A stretch of DNA of 64,000 nucleotides. Origin: Prasinococcaceae sp. CCMP 1430. Taxonomy: Eukaryota; Plantae; Prasinodermophyta. The notes beneath the pieces are model-generated. The model was not told the origin of the DNA. It saw only the letters and a program-made list of their open reading frames with translations, and ran no database searches. Shown here piece after piece: positions 20,965-29,801 of the stretch. Position 1 is the stretch's first letter; each line of letters opens with the position of its first letter. Position numbers and translations under genes: made by a program. The stretch covers positions 27,312 through 91,311 of the forward strand of contig RQSC01001135.1 of NCBI GenBank assembly GCA_013416795.1, read 5' to 3'.

Positions 20965-21484
20965 TGGTGCCCAGTGGGGTGACGACGATCGCGCCCCCTA
21001 CCAGCAGGACGCTGGCTACGGCGGCCCCTGGGGCGGCGGCGGCGGCGGCGGCTTCGGCGGCGGCCGCATGGGCGGCGGCTTCCGCGGCGGCGATGTTCGC
21101 CCCGGCGACTGGACGTGCCCGAGCTGCGGCGCCAACGTGTTCGCGTCCAAGAGCAACTGCTTCCGCTGCCAGACGCCGCGCCCCGAGGGCGCCGGTGCTG
21201 CGCCGCCCCAGGGCGGTGATGGCTACGGCGGCGGTGGCTACGGCGGCGGCCAGGACTACGGCGGCAACTTCGGAGGCGGCGGTGGCTTCGGCGGCGGCGG
21301 CTTCGGCGGCGGCCGCGGCAACGTCCGCCCCGGCGACTGGACGTGCCCGAGCTGCGGCGCCAACGTGTTCGCGTCCAAGAGCAACTGCTTCCGCTGCCAG
21401 ACGCCCAAGCCAGTCGGCGAAGCCGGCGCCGGCGGAGGCTTCGATCAGCAGTACGGTGGCCAGCCCCAGCAGGGCTACTACTAA
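20965..21484 (+). CDS. Gly-rich RNA-binding protein with two RanBP2-type zinc fingers (last exon only)
   Basis: Two [27 protein letters not shown] fingers with RGG/GGY-rich linkers. Acceptor actcacag at 20964; TAA ends at 21484. Confidence 0.85.
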
Positions 21485-22245
21485 GCAGCCTTTGGTGCCA
21501 CTGAGGCGTCAACGGCAGCGGTGATGTGTGCGCTCGGTAGTTGTGGTGAATTTGGCGAATGAGGTCAGGATGGCGGTGGTCGGCGGCGAAGTTTTGCGGG
21601 CGGCTAGCTACATGGTGTGATGGTGAGCGAATGGGCGCATGCAGTGGCGATGGATGTACACACGCTGGCCACGGGCGCGGGCGCGCCCTCCCCCACACGT
21701 GCGTGCAGCCGTGGGGGGGTGCGGCAATGCGCACGTGCACGAGAGGCGGCGACCTTAGTGGAGGAGGGCTGATTATCAAACGAAGGGGGAAGGGGGTGGC
21801 ATGCGATGCGACAAGTAGTGGCTGCGGGCAGTGGTGTAGACGTGCGGTGGCGGCAAACGAAGGGTGAGGAGCGGGGGTGGCATGCGACGAGATATGTATG
21901 GCTGCGGGCAGTGGCGGAGGCGTGCGGTGGCGGCAGGATCGGGGACAAATGTCGGGGATTTCGTGGTTTGAGCACGAGCGACGGTGAGGGACAAGTATAG
22001 ACGCGGGTGGTGGGGCGATGAAGCGACAAGGACCGACAAAGAAGAATTGACTGGGGGCAGCCAGTGGGGCAGGCGCTCGCTGCTCTCGCGCAGCGAATCG
22101 TTGTGGTCGGGGACTGTAACGAATGCCGAGAGTGTCTGCAGTGGCCTGGGTCGCACGCGCCGTCGAGCGAGTGCGCGAGCGTCACCCGGTTGCGCAGGAC
22201 GGGATCGCCGCTGTCCCTCGCCCGCGTGCCTGTTCGCCTCTGCGT

Positions 22246-23746
22246 TCACGACATGAGGGCAGTGAGCGTGGCCTCGCCCTGCGCGCCCTCCCGGCCCCCG
22301 AGACTGGCGATGCGCTCAGCAGCTCTCGCCGCCCTGGCCGCCGCGCTGGCGCCGAGCGCGCTGGCACCCTCCGCGCCACAGCCGTCGGCGAGCGCCTCGA
22401 GCGCGGCCGCCACAGCGTTGGCTGCCGGTGCGGCGGCAGCGAGCGCCGCGGGCACGCGAGCGCACACCAGAGCACGCGCTGCGGGCTCGCCGCCGCACAG
22501 GGCAAGCTCCTCCACCAGCCGCGCTGCCTCCTCCGCTGTGGCCTCACCCCCGAACGTCACCAGCCTGTGCAGCTCCGCTGGCGCGCCCGCCTTGAGCGCG
22601 CGCTCCGCGATGGCCTTCGCCATGATAGGCGGTCCCGCGCGCGCACCCGCCAGCGTGTGCGCAAGTGCGGCGGTGGCCTCGCGGCGCGTGGCCGCCCCGC
22701 CGGCGTGCGCCGCCTGCGCGCGCGCGCACGCGTGACGCACAGTACTACGTTAGCACGCGCAGACACGACTGGCTCGGACGGCAGCTCCGCCCGCGAGGGG
22801 GTGCGGGGACAGCCCGCGTGCATGGGCGCGCAGGCGGCCCCATCGCACCTGCAAAATCCTACCGATCGCCGCTTCGGTGGCAAGCGCCGAGCCGGCTGCG
22901 CGTGAGCGAGCGAGCGAAGCAAGTGCTGCGGCTGCGTGCGGCGAGGGCAGCTGCCGCAGGCAGCGCTGTGCCGCTTCGTGTTCCTTGAGCTGCTCGCGGG
23001 CCCGTGCGTCGCAGGCGAGCACTCCCACCGCATGGCAAGCGGCCTCGCACAGCGCCGCCTGCCCAAGCGCAGCCTCGTTGTCTCCGCCGTCGCTTTCGTC
23101 CTCTTCCGAGCCGGCGCTCTGGAGCGGCGACTCTCCGTCCCACGGCTCGCCGACGGCGCGCGCGGCTGCGCCGACCGACCCGGCCGCCACGAGCTGCTGC
23201 CTGAGCGCCTCAAATTCGCCTCGGCGCTCCGCGCTGCCCGCGGCGGCGACTTGATCGTCGTCGGCTGCGAGGGCGGCCACGGCGCGCAGCGCGAGCGCGC
23301 GAGCGCCCGTTCCGCTGCGCGGGCTCAACAGCAAGGCGGAGACCAGACCGAGCACCCCGCTGCCCGCGATGCGCCCGCGGCACTGCGGCGCGCGCTGAGC
23401 GCATTCGACGAGGGCGTCCAGCGCCGCAGCGGCGCTCTCGCGCATCTGCCCGCTCACAGCTGCCACGAGAGCCTGCGTGAGGCCGCCGCTGTGCTCGCCG
23501 TGCACGGCGTTGAGTAACTCGTCCACGCAGCCCGCATCGCACATCGCAGCCGCGCCGCCAGGCTGCCGCGCCACGTCCGCGAGCGCGCGTGCGGCCGCGA
23601 CGGCCTCGGCCTCGGACTCGCTGCGACCGGCGCGTGCGGCGCGAGCGGGCGCGTGCACGGTCAATGAGCGCGGCGCGGCCGCCGCCGTCGGCGCCGCTGC
23701 TGTCGTCGACGCCGCTGGCGCTGCCTTGCGTCACTGCCTGCCCCAT
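22246..23746 (-). CDS. Armadillo/HEAT-like repeat protein
   Basis: Helical repeats (AAAALDALVECA, GRIAGSGVLGLVSALL, EAACHAVGVLAC). GTGCGA intron near 22848-22710. The N-terminal exon structure (possible MGQAVTQG start) is unresolved. Confidence 0.5.
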
Positions 23747-23938
23747 CGGCAGCCGCCCGCGTCGCCGCTCGCGCGCGGTGTGGTTGCCAGCACCCGTCGC
23801 CGCCGGAACGAACGCTTTCCCCACCGGAACGCTCGGGAAAAAGGAGCCGCGCACACGCCACAGCAGCAGGCGCTAGCGCGCGCGGCGGGGGGGGGGGGGG
23901 GGGGGGGGGGAGGGACCGGTGGTGGGCGGTCCGCCGCG

Positions 23939-24735
23939 ATGGTGCGCTCGCGGCGCACTACGGCGCTCGCGCTCGCGCTCGCGCTCGTGGTAGGTGCGGC
24001 GGCGGCAGCGGTAGCAGCGGCGGCGGCGGCGGGGGGAGCGAAGGTGGCGGCCGTGAAGGGCGAGGCAGCATTCGATGCGCTTGGGGGCGGCGCGACGGCG
24101 CGGCCTGTTCTGCTGCAGCTGCGCTCGCCGCGGTGTGGCCTGTGCCGCAAGGTCGACGCGCTCTTCGCCGCGCTCGCCGAGGAGCATCCGCGCGTCGCCT
24201 TTGCGTCGATCGACGTCGCAGAGGAGCCCGAGGTCAGCGCGAGGCTCGGCGCGAAGTTCACACCCGCCATCTTCTACATCTCGCGCGGCCGCGCAGTGCA
24301 GTACGACCCGGCGTTCTCGCCCGAGCTCGAGTTCTCCGAGGAGGGATTGGGTGCGTTCCTCGCGGGGCCCGCTGACGAGATCGCACGCGCGGCAGGCAAG
24401 CCCTTCCCACCGCCGCAGCTTGCGCCCTTGGCTTCGGTGGCGACCGCCGCGTGGAGGAAGTTCGCTCCGGCGGCGTGGGCGGCATTCGACGCGGCGTCGC
24501 GTGCGCGCGCGGCCCTCGTCGCCATGGGCGTGCCGTCCCAGCTGGCATACGTCGCTGTGCCGCTGGCACTCACCGTGTGGGCCTTCGTGGCGGTGGTCGC
24601 CGCCGCGTGGGTTGCCAGCGCTCGGGCAGACGGGCGCGAGCCAAGCGCGGCTGAGGCGCGCAGGCGGCGGCGCGAGCGCGGAGGGCGCGCGTTGCCAGAC
24701 CCGGAGGAAGAGGAGGGGGGCGAGGAGGAGGAAGG
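23939..24735 (+). CDS. Secretory-pathway thioredoxin-fold membrane protein (TMX-like), 3' end missing
   Basis: Signal peptide, VLLQLRSPRCGLC, FASIDVAEEPEVSARLGAKFTPAIFYIS, TM segment LAYVAVPLALTVWAFVAVVAAAWVA. No stop before it runs into the ankyrin gene intron. Confidence 0.7.
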
Positions 24736-24878
24736 AGCGGCCGTGAGCGAGGTCGGCGCCGGGACGAGCGCAGCCACCGCTTCGTCGCAGCCACCGGTGC
24801 GCGCAACGGCCAGCGGCGAGGGGCCGCGCCGCAGAGGCGGCTGTGGCGGCGCTTTGCCCAGCGGCGGCATACGCACCA

Positions 24879-25528
24879 TGCCAAAGTCGTCCTTCCACTC
24901 GCAGTCGACGCGGGCTTTGTCTGCGGCGAGCATCGAAAGCAGCTCAGTGAGCCCGTTGTATGCGGTCCAGCTGAGCGCAGTGTCGTTTTCGCAGTCGGTG
25001 GCAGCCGGGTCGGCCCCGTGCTTGAGGAGGTAGGCTGCGCACGCGGCGTGGCCTGACTGTGCGGCAATCGTGAGCGGCGTGGCCGCCCGCGAGTCGCGCG
25101 CGTTGACGCTCGCGCCGCACCCGAGGAGTGCGTGCGCTGCGTCGACCCTGCCAGACGAGCACGCCCAGTGCAAGGGCTGCATGCCATGCTGGAACGTCGC
25201 CGCGTCGACGCACGCGCCCGCATCAATGAGCACGTGAATGACGCTCACGTGGCCATTCTTTGCAGCGAAGTGAAGCGCGGTCTGCCCCTCTGCATCGACG
25301 CGACGCACGAGTGCCGTCTGCGCCTCATGCGTACCCGCCTCGCGCAGCAGGTCGCGTAGCGTCGCCTCCTCACCATACCCCGCCGCGTTAACGAGCGCCG
25401 AGTGCCGCGCGCCTTCTGCGGCCGCGGCCGATGCCGCACTGTCGGTGATCGCATCGCCCACACCCGCGCCCGGTCCTTTGGGACGTGTTAGCTCGCCCCC
25501 CGGTGCATGATGTTGCTCATCCTCCTCT

Positions 25529-25563
<35 letters not shown>

Positions 25564-25629
25564 CTGCTGCTGCTGCCCCTTTTTCTTGCGCGGCGGGAGC
25601 GCGGGCAGCCCGCCGCCGCCGCCGTCCAT
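24879..25629 (-). CDS. Ankyrin-repeat protein, first exon (AKR1/ZDHHC17-like N-terminus possible), 3' exons missing
   Basis: GQTALHFAAKNGH, GMQPLHWACSSGR, AATPLTIAAQSGH, NDTALSWTAYNG; polyQ near the N-terminus; donor ATG|gtgcgt at 24878. Confidence 0.8.
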
Positions 25630-25667
25630 CGCCGCAGCGAGGGGGGCGGGGCGTGGGCGCGGGGGGN

Positions 25668-25819
25668 GAAAGCCCCGGGCGTGAGTGAGTAACTCGGGTC
25701 AGACAGCGGGATTGCACCGATAGCAAACCCGGCTGATAATTAAGGTCAGGGTCTGGGGTATTGAACCCCATCCCCGTCAGCTCTTAAGGGTAGGGTCTAA
25801 GGTATGGAACCCCAACACA
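25668..25819 (+). repeat. Left 152 bp direct repeat (LTR-like or split direct repeat)
   Basis: gaaagccccgggcgtgagtgag...ggtatggaaccccaacaca; has gtcagacaGcggg where the right copy has gtcagacaAcggg. Confidence 0.95.
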
Positions 25820-26004
25820 AACGACTCCTAAGGGTAGGGTCTAAGGTCCCGGACCTTAACCCGACTTAGGGGAAGGGTTCAGAGAATGGAACCCTGGGCA
25901 CCTTGTGACCAACCGCTGCGAATCCAGTGGAACCCACCCCTCCTCGTTCATTTTGACGTAGGGGAGTTCCGCGTGTGAGATATTTTTAGAAGGGCGGTAG
26001 GGTT

Positions 26005-26595
26005 GTGTGCCAGAGCGTGTGCAGCGTGTGCCCCCCGCGCCCTACGCAGGAGCACAACGCACGCCGGCCACAGAACAGAAAGCCGAAGATGAGTGGCGGC
26101 ATGACGATGATAGGAGGCAACCTCATCGACTGGTCTTCAAAACACCAGCCTTACGTCACCCTGCACAGCGGCGAAGCCGAGGTCGTGGCTGCATCGAACA
26201 ACGCGACTTCAATGAGATACTGGCAGCAGCTCACCGACGAGATGGGCATGAAGGCGACCAACTCCATGATACGAGTGGACGCCACTGTGGCCGAGAGATT
26301 CCTCAGCCAGCCGCTCCATACCAGCCAGATGCGGCACGTCAATACGAAATTGCTTTTCGTACGAGAACATGTCAAGGCACGCCTGTACGAGTTCGGACAC
26401 GTCGACGGCACGGTCAATCCGGCCGACGCGCTCACGAAATCGCAGGGCGGGAGCACCATCGAACACCTATATGGCGTGGTGCAGTCGTGCAACACGCACA
26501 GACAGAGCGGACGCAAGTCGACTGCAGACAGACACAGCAGAGACGACAAGCGTGGCCGAAAGGCCAAGAGAACCAGACACACAAGCATGAGATGA
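26005..26595 (+). pseudogene. Ty1/copia-type RNase H fragment
   Basis: KMSGGMTMIGGNLIDWSSKHQPYVTLHSGEAEVVAAS...MRHVNTKLLFVREHV...VDGTVNPADALTK follows the copia RNase H pattern (SG..F..GG..ISW.SKKQ..VALSS.EAEY; HI...HFVRE; N.AD.LTK). The first catalytic Asp motif and all of RT are missing. Confidence 0.85.
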
Positions 26596-26747
26596 GACAT
26601 GCAGCTGTGACCAATACAGACACAAGAGCATGAGACGAGACATGCAGATGTGACAGACCCAGACGCAAAGTGTGAGACGAGACACACACGCGATGCAGCA
26701 CGAGACGAGACGTGCAGAGAGATCCCTTAACCCCAACACAAACGACT

Positions 26748-26993
26748 GGCGTCTCGGCGCCTCCGGGTATGTCGTACCTGCCGCACAGCGGGAGGTCAAT
26801 GTTCGCGTCAGGCGCGTGGGCCGTCGCCAAGGACATGGTGCAAATATGTTTCATTGGCGGGTGGGCGCCGAACTCGGCTACGGTCGGCAAGCACTACATC
26901 GACCCCACGTACCCGTGCGACGAACACGCCTTGTTTTTCTTTGGCTGGCTTCGGGACAGCCCCACTCGGGGCACCCCGAATACCAGCGACTAG
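26748..26993 (+). pseudogene. Tyrosine recombinase C-terminal fragment (DIRS/PAT-like YR)
   Basis: GVSAPPGMSYLPHSGRSMFASGAWAV...ICFIGGWAPNSATVGKHYIDPT...ALFFFGWL gives H-x-x-R, (G)GW and catalytic Y with box II spacing. The first catalytic R/K region is missing. Confidence 0.75.
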
Positions 26994-27650
26994 AATGGCA
27001 TCAAGGCAGGGTACACTACAAGCGTGGTTGGGCATTTTGGCTACACCGAGTTTGTAGATTAGCACCCAGCTGCGCACGCCCCCATGCGTTTTGATAGGGA
27101 CGGTTCCCCCAGCGCGCGTGATCCGCGCGGGATCCGTTTTCGGGGGCGTGCCACTCTTGCTGCTTTGCGCGCTGCGCGCGCAACAGCAGCTCCGCGTGCT
27201 TAGGCACGCGAGAGTCACCCACGGTGAACACTCCCCTCTCGTGCGCGAGAGGGTTATCGTGTAAGACGGGGCACGCGTGAGCGCGTGCACTGTGCTACGG
27301 GGCGCGTTCGCGCGCTCTGAGTAGCAGCCTGCCCACATGTCTGACGCCGAGGACGGGGGGGCACCGTCCGCGGCTGAGGAATTCAGGGCACTGACCGCCG
27401 CAGACACGCTCATGGGCGCAACATGGCCGCGTTCGGACGACGAGTTGGAGACCGCGCGCGACCTGTTGTCCACCGTGGTTACGTGCATGTCCGGCAGTCG
27501 GGGCAGTTCGTGTGATGATATGTAGCTCGCATGCTACATAATGTATCGTCCTCACCTAGTCTCCCGTGGTCAGTCTAGACAGTCATTTACCTGATGACCT
27601 ACCCCAGGTCTGAGTGGAAACTACACTGGGTTGAAACCCCCAGCCGGGTT

Positions 27651-27802
27651 GAAAGCCCCGGGCGTGAGTGAGTAACTCGGGTCAGACAACGGGATTGCAC
27701 CGATAGCAAACCCGGCTGATAATTAAGGTCAGGGTCTGGGGTATTGAACCCCATCCCCGTCAGCTCTTAAGGGTAGGGTCTAAGGTATGGAACCCCAACA
27801 CA
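27651..27802 (+). repeat. Right 152 bp direct repeat, cut by the N at 27803
   Basis: 151 of 152 positions identical to 25668-25819. Confidence 0.95.
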
Positions 27803-27996
27803 NCAGCGGCGGCGGCCGCCGCCGGGCCCGCCCTCGTCGCGCGCGCGCGCGCGCGCGCGGGCGCACCAGAGAGAGAGGGAGAGAGACAGAGAGGAGGAGC
27901 GCGCTTCGTCCGCCGGGGAGGAGGGAGGGGGAAGTGAGCAGCGCGGCGCCGCGCGCGCTTGCGCGCTTGCGCTTGCGCGTGCACGCGCAGAGGCCC

Positions 27997-28770
27997 ATGT
28001 CGGCGATCTACGCGACCGAGCCCCCCCCGCGCGGGCGCGTGGTGCTCGCCACGAGCTTCGGCGAGCTGGACATCGAGCTCTTCAGCCGCGAGGCGCCGCG
28101 CGCGTGCCGCAACTTCGTGCAGCTGTGCCTGGACGGGTACTACGATGGCGTGGCCTTCCACCGGCTCCTGCCGGGGCTCATGCTGCAGGGCGGCGACCCG
28201 ACGGGCACCGGGGGCGGCGGCGACTCGGCGGTGGACGGCGGCGCGCCCTTCCCCAACGAGTGCCACTCGCGCCTCAAGTTCACCCGCCGCGGCCTCGTGG
28301 GCTGCGCGGGCGGCGCGGGCGCCGGCGGCGAACGCAACACCTCGCAGTTCTTCATGACGTACGCGCCCGCGCGCCACCTCGACGGCGCGCACACCATCTT
28401 CGGGCGGCTCGCGGGCGACACCGTCTTCAACCTCATGAGCACCGAAGAGGTCGCCGTGGACGAGCAGACCGACAGGCCGGAGGTCGCGCTCACGATCCTC
28501 GGCGCAACCGTGCCCGAGAATCCGTTCGAGGACGGCCGCGGGGCGATCACCGCGCAGCCCGGCCGCTGGCCGCACCAGGTGCGCGCCATTGAGGCGGAGC
28601 GCGCGCGGAAGGCGGAGGCCGTCAAGCCCAAGGCGCCGCGCAAGAAGCAGCTCAACCTGCTCAGCTTCGGCGACGACGCCGAGGAGGACGAGGAGGAGCT
28701 CGACGAGCTCGGCGGTGGGGGCGTCGCGTCGAGCCATGACGTGCTCGCCGACAGGCGGCTGCTCAAGGGC
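27997..28770 (+). CDS. CWC27: Spliceosomal cyclophilin-like protein CWC27, 3' end missing
   Basis: MSAIYATEPPPRGRVVLATSFGELDIELFSREAPRACRNFVQLCLDGYY...QGGDPTGTG...SQFF...HTIFGR and LLSFGDD...SSHD; collides with the GSIII fragment at about 28770. Confidence 0.9.
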
Positions 28771-29730
28771 GCCGCGAGGCCATACTGGGCGGCAGTCTCC
28801 TCGATGATCTGCATCACGACCAGGTTCTGGTCAGTCTGCACGCGGCAGTCGCCGAAGAGCGGCGCGAACTCGTACTGGTTGGGGGCGACCTCACGGTGGC
28901 GAGTCTTGAGGGGAATGCCAACCTTGTAGCACTCCTGCTGGATGGCCTGCATGCACTGCAGCACGGCCGTCGAGGACGTGAGCGGCGCCATGTAATGGTC
29001 GCACATCTCCTGGCCGCGCGCGGGCGTCTTGCCAATCAGCGTGCGGCCCACGAACTGCAGGTCGGGGCGCGTGTAGTAGGCGTCGCGCGGGACGAGGAAG
29101 ATCTCCTGCTCGAGGCCGATGTTCGCGATGATGCCCGAGCACTCCACGCCCATCGCCTTCAGCAGGCGCGCGCCCTCCGTGGAGAGCGCCTCGCAGCTGC
29201 GGTGCAGCGGCGTCTTCTCATCGAGCGCCTGGCCGGTGTACGCCATGAAGGCACTCGGGATGAACATGACATCCTCGCGGCAGAAGGGCGGCGAGAGGGG
29301 GTCGACCGCCAGGTAGCCACCGGCGGTGTGCGTCGCGCGCAGGCCGCCGTTCGGGTACGAGGAGCCATCGGTCTCGCCAGTCAGGAGGTCGCCCTGCGCG
29401 TGATGCACGCACGTGCGCGCGGAGTCAGCTCCGTGCCTCCGCGTCGGCGAGCGAGCGGGCGGGGCAGCGGGCGGGCGGGCCTCCGGGTGGAACGTGGCAG
29501 GCTCCAACGTGCGCGCAGGAAGCGCCCGCGATCGCGCGCGGGCAAGCACGCGCACGCACCGCGTCGAACTCCCAGGAGGGCGTGCCGTCCGCGGCGAAGT
29601 TGAGCATGGAGATCTGCACGCCCGCGGCGTTGCCGTGGCGCACGCCGGTGCTGCCGAGCGGCTGGAACCAGTGGCAGTACGACGTCGCGCCCCGGTCGAC
29701 GGCCCAGTCGCGCATCGCGGCGGCAACCAC
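28770..29730 (-). CDS. Glutamine synthetase type III, internal fragment
   Basis: WAVDRGATSYCHWFQPL, GETDGSSYPNGGLRATHTAGGY, LDEKTPL, GLEQEIFLV, GQEMCDHY, KTRHREVAPNQYEFAP. Stops at YGLAA, before the expected EKPF/NGSGKH motifs; 5' side bounded by the N at 29770. Confidence 0.9.
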
Positions 29731-29801
29731 TTGCAGGCATCAATGCAGTGCGCGCGCGTCAGTGCCGGGNGGCGCGCGCGGGGGTTGCGGCGTCAAGGGC
29801 G

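Larger units (their letters stand above)
25668..27802 (+). mobile_element. Non-autonomous retroelement-like unit with 152 bp direct repeats, copia-type RNase H fragment and tyrosine recombinase fragment
   Basis: Repeats at 25668-25819 and 27651-27802 differ at one base. GC is lower than in the flanks; two TE-derived ORF fragments lie inside; both edges abut single Ns (25667, 27803). Confidence 0.8.

Noticed and set aside
25740-25819. tRNA gene or tRNA-derived SINE (minus-strand GGGGTTCAATACCCC resembles a T-arm/B box)
   Set aside because: No A box, D arm or anticodon arm could be folded.
26748-26765. Primer binding site (TGGCGTCTCGG) after the internal CCCCAACA motif
   Set aside because: The bases are in-frame YR codons (GVSAPPG), lie several nt from the CA, and match no tRNA 3' end I can confirm.
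27585-27700. Hammerhead ribozyme (CTGATGA at 27591 with downstream GAAA motifs)
   Set aside because: I could not build stems I-III with a valid NUH site for any GAAA; the GA of the core is taken up by a GACCT/AGGTC hairpin. An Infernal search would settle it.
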